Assembly (NCBI GenBank): GCA_963744145.1
Contig: CAVUSO010000001.1
Span: 5,088,001 to 5,152,000 of the forward strand
Direction of reading: 5' to 3'
DNA: 64,000 bases
Origin: an uncultured cyanobacterium
GTDB taxonomy: Bacteria > Cyanobacteriota > Cyanobacteriia > Cyanobacteriales > CAWUOF01
Part shown: in pieces, positions 29,887 to 39,400 of the stretch
Position numbering within the stretch: position 1 is the first letter of the stretch
How the letters are laid out: the number at the start of each line of letters is the position of its first letter
Program-made: the position numbers and the translations under genes
Notes under the pieces: generated by a model
Told to the model about the DNA's origin: nothing
The model's input: the letters and a program-made list of their open reading frames with translations, nothing else
Database searches by the model: none

Positions 29887-30051
29887 GGATACCTTTTTAT
29901 TTAGTGTTTTTTTAATCTAACATTGATATTTTGCCCAATCGCAACGGCACAATCTCAATGGGACTGGATGCTCAAATCGGTTTTTTAGTCTAAATTGACT
30001 AAAAGAAGGCTCAAATTATTGAGCTTCACCAATCACTATGGAGTTTAGCTC

Positions 30052-31551
30052 ATGCTTGATACCCTGGATTTAAGTGTTTCTCTAGATAAAGATACCTACC
30101 GCTCGAAAATTGAAGCACTCATGGAGCAATTGCGATCGCTTCAGCAAGCTTGTTGGGAGAAAAAATTACCGATGATTGTGGTATTGGAAGGATGGGCTGC
30201 TGCTGGTAAAGGTGCCTTAGTCAAAAAAGTTGTCAATTATATGGACCCACGCGGATTCACCGTGCATCCAATTTGGCCCGCATCACCCCACGAACAACAT
30301 TATCCCTTTTTATGGCGTTTTTGGCAACGTCTACCAGCCCGTGGCAACATTGGATTTTTTTACCATAGTTGGTATACTCATGTACTAGAAGACCGACTGT
30401 TTGACCGATTAGCAGATGCAAAAGTTCCCACAGTCATGCGTCAAATCAATGCTTTTGAACGGGCTTTAGTCGATGATGGGGTCGCGATCGCTAAATTTTG
30501 GATTCATTTAAGTCAAAAAGAATTAAAACGTCGCTTAAAGAAATATGGTGAAGATGAATTAGAAGCATGGAGAGTACGTCCCGAAGATTGGCAACAAGCG
30601 AAAAATTATGATAAATATGCTGCTTTTGCTGAAGATATGGTCATTCAAACTAGCACTGGTCCAGCTCCCTGGACTTTAGTAGAAGGTGACTGTCAACGTT
30701 GGGCTCGGGTCAAAGTCTTAACCAAAATGACCACAACCATTATCGAAGCACTGGATCGGTTGCACGCGATCGCACCTGTCCCACCGTTACCACCACAGAA
30801 AAATCTAGAACCGACGGAACCAAATTTTTTAGATCAAATTGATTTGAATCTCAGTTTGACCCAAGAAGAATATAAACAACAGTTACGCAAAGAACAAGTC
30901 CATCTGCGGAAGTTACAACTAGCTATTCACAAATATCATATCCCTGTCTTAGTTTTATTTGAAGGTTGGGATGCTGCGGGAAAAGGGGGTGCAATTAAAC
31001 GCTTAACCGATGTATTAGATCCTCGGAGTTATCGAGTTACTGGTTTTGCTGCTCCTGTCGGTGTAGCTAAAGAACATCATTATCTCTGGAGATTTTGGCA
31101 AGAATTACCTCATGCGAGTGTGATTGGGATTTTTGACCGGAGTTGGTATGGTCGAGTTTTAGTTGAAAGAGTGGAAGGATTTGCGACTGATTTAGAATGG
31201 CGTCGAGCTTATCAAGAAATTAATGAGTTTGAAGAACAATTAATTACCGCCGGCTATGTTTTGGTAAAATTCTGGTTACATATTAGTCAGGAAGAACAAT
31301 TAAACCGTTTTACGGAACGCCAAAATAATCAGTTTAAACAACAAAAACTGACTGATGAAGATTGGCGCAATCGGGAAAAATATCCATTTTATAATGTAGC
31401 GGTGAACCAAGCAATACAACGCACTAGTACACCGATCGCACCTTGGACAATCGTAGCTGGAAATAACAAATATTATGCTCGAGTCAAGATCATTCAAACT
31501 GTAACCCAAGCCATTGAAGCTGAACTTAAACGTCGCCATCACCAAGATTAA
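30052..31551 (+). CDS. pap: Polyphosphate:AMP phosphotransferase (two-domain PPK2)
   Basis: Two PPK2 domains: GWAAAGKG and GWDAAGKGG, DRSWY. Confidence 0.92.
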   Translation: MLDTLDLSVSLDKDTYRSKIEALMEQLRSLQQACWEKKLPMIVVLEGWAAAGKGALVKKVVNYMDPRGFTVHPIWPASPHEQHYPFLWRFWQRLPARGNIGFFYHSWYTHVLEDRLFDRLADAKVPTVMRQINAFERALVDDGVAIAKFWIHLSQKELKRRLKKYGEDELEAWRVRPEDWQQAKNYDKYAAFAEDMVIQTSTGPAPWTLVEGDCQRWARVKVLTKMTTTIIEALDRLHAIAPVPPLPPQKNLEPTEPNFLDQIDLNLSLTQEEYKQQLRKEQVHLRKLQLAIHKYHIPVLVLFEGWDAAGKGGAIKRLTDVLDPRSYRVTGFAAPVGVAKEHHYLWRFWQELPHASVIGIFDRSWYGRVLVERVEGFATDLEWRRAYQEINEFEEQLITAGYVLVKFWLHISQEEQLNRFTERQNNQFKQQKLTDEDWRNREKYPFYNVAVNQAIQRTSTPIAPWTIVAGNNKYYARVKIIQTVTQAIEAELKRRHHQD

Positions 31552-31692
31552 CTTAGGAATAAAAATTAAATAATAGATAGGTAGTAGCCCTAAGAGCGTC
31601 CTGACCGCGCTTACTACAAACGAGTCAATTATTTAATTTCTACCCCTGAGATACCTAACTGTTCACCTAACTATTAATTTTCAGTTATTTTT

Positions 31693-32436
31693 ATGTTTCC
31701 ATCTTTAACTGCTGTACTGATAATTATGCTCATCTGTGCGGGGATAGTATATGTGGTGAGGAATTTATTTGTCATCAATATTTATCCAACTTATCTCTCC
31801 GGGGTACTGATTTTAATTCTGATTGGGGGATTTATCGCTGGATTTCAACAAAATTGGCGCGATATGCTCGCAGCAATTTCGGCGATTCTGTTTTTTCCAT
31901 TACGACCTCTTGGATTAGGAATATTTATGCTAATTGGTGCATTTATTAGCATCGGGAAAGATAAAAAAATTTCGGATTTAGGACGAAATCAACTATTAGC
32001 AAGTTTGGTAATTTTTATCTTTTTAAGTATGCCTTTTGTGGCTGGAATTTTAGAAGACACTATTCATGCTCAAGCTGAACCAACCGGACAAATTTTAGTT
32101 AGCGATCGCCATCAACCTGTAACTATTGTCATTGTAATTCCTCCAGCAAATTCCTCATCTAGCCCAATTTCACCTCAATTTACCTCAAGATATTTATCTA
32201 ATGATAATGAGATGATTACCTTGATTGAATATCACCAGTACCAAGATTTAATAGTAACATCTCCCCTCATTCCGGCTGCCTATCGACCGAAAAATTCTTT
32301 CCAGGTAAGAAACGCCGCGTTTGGAATTCTTAATTTTCTACCTAGTGCCCAAGGATTAGCAGAAACTACAGCAGCTATTGATGGAATTTTTACGATGATT
32401 ATTAATGATCTGACTGGTTTTGTATCTGGCAAATAA
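31693..32436 (+). CDS. Membrane protein, YdcF-like with shortened soluble domain
   Basis: Several N-terminal TM segments; C-terminal FLPSAQGL recalls cyanobacterial YdcF-family tails. Confidence 0.5.
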   Translation: MFPSLTAVLIIMLICAGIVYVVRNLFVINIYPTYLSGVLILILIGGFIAGFQQNWRDMLAAISAILFFPLRPLGLGIFMLIGAFISIGKDKKISDLGRNQLLASLVIFIFLSMPFVAGILEDTIHAQAEPTGQILVSDRHQPVTIVIVIPPANSSSSPISPQFTSRYLSNDNEMITLIEYHQYQDLIVTSPLIPAAYRPKNSFQVRNAAFGILNFLPSAQGLAETTAAIDGIFTMIINDLTGFVSGK

Positions 32437-32438
32437 TT

Positions 32439-34097
32439 TTAACTGGAGCCTTCCAGATTCAAATTGATATGAATCCGATCGCGACCTTGAGCTTTAGCTT
32501 GATATAGAGCTTGGTCAGCTTGCTTAATTAGCAGAGCTGGAGATGTATTTGGACAAGGAATCAGACTAGTAATTCCCAAGCTGAGAGTCACATATTTACT
32601 AATAGGAGAACGGAGATGAATAATTTGCAAATTTCTAATTTCTTGTTGAATCTCTTGTGCTACTATAGCCGCACCTTTAGCATCAGTATGGGGTAAAATT
32701 ACAGCAAATTCTTCTCCTCCATAACGCGCTACTAAATCATCAATACGGTGCGTAGCTTTACCAATAGCTGTAGCGACCATCCGGAGACATTCATCTCCAG
32801 CTTGATGACCATAGGTATCATTATAGAGTTTAAAAAAATCGATATCACCTAAAATTAAAGATAATGATCCTTTTTCCCTGATTTGTCTTTGCCACTCTGA
32901 ATCTAAATATTCGTCAAAACGACGACGATTAGCTAATTGAGTCAGACTATCTAAACCAGCTAGACGTTGTAAAGCTTGATTAGTAGCTTGTAACTGTTCA
33001 TAAAGTTCTGCTTGTTGAATGGCGATCGCTAATTGAGTTGCTAATTGCTTTAATAAATCAATCTCAAAAGGTTGCCAAGAACGAGGTCCGCTACAGTGAT
33101 GAGCAATTAGTAATCCCCATAACAAATTTTGATTTTCTTCCCTCTCTAAACTAGAATCACTACATGATAAAGTTTCCGAGTCAACCATCTCGATTCCTTT
33201 CCGACTATTTGCCTCTCCACCACTTCCTTGTAAAATGGGAACAATCAAATTAGCTCTCACTTGAAATGTAAACATTTGTTCTAACAGACAGGGAGCTAAA
33301 TTAGCCAGATAAATATCATTAATAGCCCAAATTAAACCATGGTTATAAAAATCAGTATAATGGTGATCAAAACAGTAATCTCGAATGGTTTTTCCTAGTA
33401 AAGATTTCCAATTAGACTCGACCGATTCCACAATAATCTGACCGCTCCAATCTGTTTCAAACCGAAGTACAATTACCCGATCTGTTTGCAAAAACTGTCG
33501 CACTTCTGTAACTGTAGTATTGAGAATTTCACTCAGTTTTAGAGATTGACGAATATGCTGAGTAATTCTAGCAATTAATCTTTCTCGTTCGGTTTGCTGT
33601 CGGAGCAGTTCTTGGGTGTGTTTATGTTCTTCTTCAATCCGCTTACGTTCTTTGATTTCTTCTAAAGCTTGATCTCGCATTACCCGATACTCATGGATAC
33701 GTTGTGTTAAATCAGTCACATCTTGAATCACTAACAACGCATAGATTTCTCCAGCTACTGTTGGAACTGCGGTTACAGTTGTTTGCTGAATCCTTAATTT
33801 TCCATCTGGTAGAGGTGCAGGTAAAAAATATTTGTGGATTTGAGAAGAAAAAATTGTTGGTGGACCACCAGTGAAGATTTGCTGAAGACGAACTAAGTAT
33901 TTAGGATGATTGAGGTGGGGAAAATGGGTAGTAATTTTGGTTTTTAAAATTTGCTGACGTCGGATATTTGTCCATTCTTCCAAACAACTATTCCAAAACA
34001 GAATTATCAAATCCTTTCGCAGTACACACACCCCGACTGGGACTCGATCTAAAAGACTAAATTTTTCTTCAACCCTTTTAATTTCGTTGATAATCAT
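32439..34097 (-). CDS. PAS-GAF-GGDEF diguanylate cyclase
   Basis: N-terminal PAS, GAF (EVRQFLQTDRV, LWGLLIAHHC), RYGGEEF. Confidence 0.92.
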   Translation of the reverse strand: MIINEIKRVEEKFSLLDRVPVGVCVLRKDLIILFWNSCLEEWTNIRRQQILKTKITTHFPHLNHPKYLVRLQQIFTGGPPTIFSSQIHKYFLPAPLPDGKLRIQQTTVTAVPTVAGEIYALLVIQDVTDLTQRIHEYRVMRDQALEEIKERKRIEEEHKHTQELLRQQTERERLIARITQHIRQSLKLSEILNTTVTEVRQFLQTDRVIVLRFETDWSGQIIVESVESNWKSLLGKTIRDYCFDHHYTDFYNHGLIWAINDIYLANLAPCLLEQMFTFQVRANLIVPILQGSGGEANSRKGIEMVDSETLSCSDSSLEREENQNLLWGLLIAHHCSGPRSWQPFEIDLLKQLATQLAIAIQQAELYEQLQATNQALQRLAGLDSLTQLANRRRFDEYLDSEWQRQIREKGSLSLILGDIDFFKLYNDTYGHQAGDECLRMVATAIGKATHRIDDLVARYGGEEFAVILPHTDAKGAAIVAQEIQQEIRNLQIIHLRSPISKYVTLSLGITSLIPCPNTSPALLIKQADQALYQAKAQGRDRIHINLNLEGSS

Positions 34098-34176
34098 GCC
34101 TGTTTGCTTTACTTATACAAAATATAAATAGTGATTGTAGGTATTTTTCTATTCAGATGGGATGACGAATTGCGAT

Positions 34177-34779
34177 TTACTGATCAACTTGTTCGATTGC
34201 GGTCAATAAGACATCAAAAGAACCAACATTAAAAATCAGAATGATGTCTCCTTCAATCTGAAGTCGTTCAATTGTAAAACGGGTCTGGGCTAACAAAACA
34301 ATGGCAGCTTCTGCAAAACTACCATCGGTCAATAGTATATCGATCTTACCTTCGATATGTTTGGGAAATGTATATTCAAGGTTCTGCCCAAGGACGTTAC
34401 TAATCGAACCCATGACACCATTAATTACAATATTGCCAACTTCACTCAATGTACCAATTTTGACCGCATCAAGTTCAGAAGTTCCTGGTGTTTCTCCGGT
34501 CAGCATTGCTACTAGCATCTGGGCGCTATGAGTCGGGAAAACTAGCTGTGCTGTACCAGAAAATGCTCCTTCAAATCCGAGTTTGACCGAGGATATTCGT
34601 TCCCCGTTTAGATGTTGCTCTAGAGAATTTTTTAACTCTACAGGTGATACAATTTTGACAAAAGGGATTTGTAAGCAAATATGAGATTCGATCATTTCAT
34701 TTAAAACGCCAGCAGCTTGGCCAACCCCAATATTGACCAGTTCTTGTAAAGCATCGATTTGTTCAATCGTCAAATTCAT
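34177..34779 (-). CDS. cheC: CheC-family phosphatase
   Basis: Two E-x-x-N motifs: DALQELVNIG and TLSEVGNI. Confidence 0.88.
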   Translation of the reverse strand: MNLTIEQIDALQELVNIGVGQAAGVLNEMIESHICLQIPFVKIVSPVELKNSLEQHLNGERISSVKLGFEGAFSGTAQLVFPTHSAQMLVAMLTGETPGTSELDAVKIGTLSEVGNIVINGVMGSISNVLGQNLEYTFPKHIEGKIDILLTDGSFAEAAIVLLAQTRFTIERLQIEGDIILIFNVGSFDVLLTAIEQVDQ

Positions 34780-34782
34780 AAT

Positions 34783-35154
34783 TCAAGTCCCCCGATGCAA
34801 ATTAAAAGCAGTTTTAAGAGCTTGACGCAGTTCATCAGCTTTAGGAGGTTTATTAATCAGGGCGATCGCCCCTAGTTCTAAGCACTTTTGACGGGTACTG
34901 GCTTGAATATCGGCTGTAATGACAATTACTGGTACTTTAGCTTGCATCTCAGTCAAGGCTTTGAGAACCCCCCAACCATCGATTTCGGGCATAAGCAAAT
35001 CTAATAGCATACAGTCTGGGTGATGGAGTTGTAATAACTCTAATCCTTCCCGTCCATTCACTGCCTCTAGGGTCTTGTACCCTTCTTTTTGCAAAATTTT
35101 ACAAATTGCTCGTCTGGTAAACCACGCATCTTCAACAATGAGAATTAATGCCAT
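34783..35154 (-). CDS. CheY-like single-domain response regulator
   Basis: ILIVED, LLDLLMP, VITAD, KPP. Confidence 0.92.
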   Translation of the reverse strand: MALILIVEDAWFTRRAICKILQKEGYKTLEAVNGREGLELLQLHHPDCMLLDLLMPEIDGWGVLKALTEMQAKVPVIVITADIQASTRQKCLELGAIALINKPPKADELRQALKTAFNLHRGT

Positions 35155-35298
35155 TCTTACTGTACTCCTTAGTTGTACCCATCTGACTGTTCGATTGTCC
35201 GTATACCATCACTGGTCATTTTCTCCTGGGATCGACTATCCCTATTAATATTTAATATCATTATAATCAGGATATTTTTAGGAATAATTCTCTTCTAA

Positions 35299-36462
35299 TT
35301 GACAATTATGAAACTAAGTCCAACTACTGCTCTAGCGATTTCCTTCCTATCCCTCTGGACAGAATTATTTTCGGTACAACCAACTAGCGCTCAAAATGCT
35401 CAACTAAATCCGGTTGACCAAGAAATAATTCAACAAGTCACTCAGTGTCTTAATAGTACGATTAATCAAGTCCAGCAAGTTAATATCGAAACCTTAGAAG
35501 GAATTTCGATGCAATGTGTCTGGAAAGTAGCGTTTTTAGGACCTGATGGTAAAATTCGTACTGATGCAAGCGATCGCATTACTGCATTAATCAAACTAAC
35601 AGGTGTGACTCTACCAAAACCAATTAGTCAAGGACAAGCTACTGTACAAGTACAGCCCATTGCGGATCATCAGTTATTTAGTATTCCGATTGTCATCGGT
35701 GGACAAACCAAAAATTTTCTTTTCGATACTGGTGCATCTAATTCAATGGTAGATAATCAAATTGCTCAAAAATTAGGTCTTTCTGGTACTAAAATTCCCA
35801 ATGAGCTGATGAATTATATGGCGATCGGTAATCATTGTACGGGAATTAATGCCATGTTATATCAACTTCCTCCTGTTAATATTCAAACCGCTAAAGTGGA
35901 AGGTATCAATGGTTTAGGATTACCGAATACTGCTATTCCTGGTCAACAATCAGGGGTCATTGGCATTGATTTTTTAAGTGGTTTTGATGTGAATTTTAAT
36001 CCCAAGACTTGGCAATTAAAACTTCTCCCTCATGCTCAGTTTATGTCGGATGCTATTCCTTTAGTTGGGAAATTGGGAATCATGACAACTAAAGTCAAAA
36101 TCAATGGTGAAGGACCGTTTACTTTTATGCTAGATACTGGTGCTGAAGTCATGGTGATCTCTAATAATTTAGCCAAAAAACTTGCCCTGGACTCTCCGAA
36201 AAACGAAACTTTAGAAGTCCAGGGTTTTTGTGGCAACGAAATGGGTCAAAAAACTAAATTAGCTCAAGTAAATTTACAGAAATATCAAGCAACAAATCTT
36301 GATGCGGTAATTTTGAATACCGAGGTATTTAACTTAATCGGAATTGATGGAATTATTGGTCAAAACTTTTTAAATCACTATCAACAATATTGGCAATTTG
36401 GTGAGACTAATCAACTCGGATTTCCCGAACAAGGTAGTTTATCTTTGTCTCCAATAGAATAA
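35299..36462 (+). CDS. Secreted double retropepsin-like aspartyl protease
   Basis: Signal peptide; two DTGA motifs with GVIGIDFL and GIIGQNFL. Confidence 0.88.
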   Translation: MTIMKLSPTTALAISFLSLWTELFSVQPTSAQNAQLNPVDQEIIQQVTQCLNSTINQVQQVNIETLEGISMQCVWKVAFLGPDGKIRTDASDRITALIKLTGVTLPKPISQGQATVQVQPIADHQLFSIPIVIGGQTKNFLFDTGASNSMVDNQIAQKLGLSGTKIPNELMNYMAIGNHCTGINAMLYQLPPVNIQTAKVEGINGLGLPNTAIPGQQSGVIGIDFLSGFDVNFNPKTWQLKLLPHAQFMSDAIPLVGKLGIMTTKVKINGEGPFTFMLDTGAEVMVISNNLAKKLALDSPKNETLEVQGFCGNEMGQKTKLAQVNLQKYQATNLDAVILNTEVFNLIGIDGIIGQNFLNHYQQYWQFGETNQLGFPEQGSLSLSPIE

Positions 36463-36471
36463 ATAATTGAT

Positions 36472-39400
36472 TTATTTAGTATAAGCGATCGCCCGATTAC
36501 GTCCTTGATGTTTAGCCTTATAAAGAGCTTCATCAGCTCGACCAATTAAGTCCTGTGGATAGTTAGTCAGAGTGGGAATTAAAGTAGCAACACCTAAACT
36601 CAAGGTCACATAAGGACTGACTTCTGATTGAGCATGGAGAATCTTGAGATCCGCGATCGCTTGTCGAATAGCATTAGCCACAACTAAGCCACCATTTAAG
36701 TTAGTATTAGGCAAAATCGCAGCAAATTCCTCACCTCCATGACGAGCAACTAAATCAACCGCACGTTGGGGGATCTGAGCCAAAGTTTGAGCTACTTTAA
36801 TCAAGCATTCATCCCCACCCTGGTGTCCATAGTAGTCGTTATACAGTTTGAAATAATCAATATCCATCAGAATTAGTGTCAAGGGTTGCTTTTCTCGCAA
36901 ATGTCTTTGCCATTCTACTCCTAAATATTGATCAAACCGACGACGATTAGCAATTTTAGTTAACCCATCTAAAGTCGCGATCCGGGATAACTCTTGATTA
37001 GCAAGTTCAAGTTCATTAGTGCGTTCAGCCACCTTTTGTTCGAGAGTCCGATTGTAATCATTGCGAAGCTTTTCTGCTTGTTTCCGTTCAGTAATATCCT
37101 GAAACGCATTAAGAGCAAACTTAATTTCACCAGTTTCACTATAGATCGGAGTTCCCCAGATCTCTAAAGGAATCACCCGATCGCCGTGATGAATTTCCAG
37201 GTCATCTACACTAGCTGCTTCTCCCTTTAAAGCTCTCACAATCGGTAATTGTTCATTTGGATAAATTTCCTGAGTGCCCGCCACATATACTTGATAAACC
37301 TGAGCAAGTTCTGTTATAGTTGCCTCGGGAGCGATCCTTTTACCTAGTAGCTTTTTAGCTCTACGATTAGCATAATAGGGATGTGCTTTAGTATCTAATA
37401 TTCCAATCCCGATCGGCACTGCTTCTAGGAACTGTTCTAGCTGTTTTTTACTATCACGAACTTGAGCATAGAGTTGAGCGTTGGTAATCGCGATCGCTGC
37501 TTGTCCACTCAATAGTTGTAAGAATTCAATCCTTGCTCTAGTAAAAGCAGCCCCAGTCACTTGATTTTCTAGATAAACCATACCCACTAACTTACCTTGA
37601 TTAAGTAAGGGATAGCAGAGAATCGAAAGAGGTTTCATGGATTGAATGTAAGGATCATGGATGAAATTACCAACCTGAATTGCATCATCAAGCACTACAT
37701 TTTTGAGAGTGCGTGCTACATAATTTACAACCGATACTGGTAACAGTTGATCAATCGGTTGATCTGGGGAGAAGATGGTATGATTAGTATTACTATAAAT
37801 GGCGATCGAGAAATCGGCTAACTCCGAGGAATTATTTAGGGATGGGAGGAGCAAACAACCACTCTGGGCACCAGCATTTTCCAGCAGAATTTTCATCAGA
37901 GTCTGTAACAGCTTTTCTAATACCATCTCCCTCGCGATCGCCTGGGATGATTTCATAATAGTAGACAAATCTAATACTGCACTATTGCCACTGCTACTAC
38001 TGCTAAAAGAAGTATGATCAGTGGATAACCGCGACGAGAATTGTTCCCCCAACAAATGAGGATACTGACTTTCTAAATAGCCAACTTTTTTGATTGCTCC
38101 CCAACGCAGATAACAGTAATGTGCTTCTTGAATATAGAGTTGGACAAATCTTTTTTTCCCCCAATTTAGATAAAATTTAGCTGCTAGTTCATTAGCTAAA
38201 GCTTCTTCTTGCAAATATTCAGATTTTTTCGCACCAGCAATCGCCAGATCATAGAATTCGATGGCTTCTAATTTCTTTTCTAAAACCCGATATTTTTCGG
38301 CTTCTACTAATTGCCACTTATGCAAATAGTTCATCGGTGCAAATTCTGCCCAAAACTTTAGCTTGCTTTGATTATCATGGATTTGTTGTTCTTTTTTTTC
38401 CCAATCAATCGCGGTAGTTGACACATTATTAAGTAGAATCAGAGAATCATAGAAATACAAACTAGCTTCACCAATTGTACCTACACCTCCAGCCAGATAT
38501 TGTCTAGCGAGAATTATATCCATAGTAGCCCGTTCGATATTGCCTGTCAAAAATTTTACCATTGCCCTGTGCAAATAGAACGCAAATACGCGAAATAAAT
38601 CTTTAGCAATCAGTGACTGAGAAAGTAGTTTTTCCTCAGCGATCGCCTGCTCACAGGTAAGTTCAAATTGTTCTGGATTTCCAATTAAGGACAAGATTGT
38701 TTCCCAATAAACTGAACAATAGTTTGCTGTTGTAACTTGATTAAAATCGAGCAATTGCTGATGATAACCTTTAGTTTGAACTTCTAATTCTGCTAAATTT
38801 TGACCACACCAATAGGAATGGAAACAAAACAAATGGGCATGATGTCCAACATATTCCAGATTACCTGTTTCTAATCCAGCTTGATAACCTGCTTGGAGAA
38901 TGGGGAGAGTTTCCCGTAAATGAGACTGACGATGGTGTAATAAGGATGCGATCGGTACAAAAGTGGTAGAGCGAATATTTTTAGCTTCTGGTTGAGCTGC
39001 AATCCGATAAGCTAATCGACTAAATTGAGTAGCAGTAGTAATATCTTGGCGGAATTTGATCAGACAAGCACCATAAAATCCATAGCTCAAAGCGGAAAGT
39101 GGACTGTTACCAAATTGAAGCGATAAATTTACCTGTAAAGCAACTAGCAGAGGAAACAAAGGTGAACCTACTATATAACAAGCTGGTTGGATACTCGCGA
39201 TCACCTCCATGATGGCTAGTTGATGGGGATCTACCATTGGTGGTAGATCAAATAATCTCTCAATTGCTTGCTCGGGAGTAAGATTATAGTTCAAGTGATT
39301 AATTTCTAGAATTGCCTGTTGAATATCTTCTACCGTCGGAATATCATTCAACTCAACTCCTAACTGTTTGAGAATTGATTTACCAGTGGATATTGCTTCT

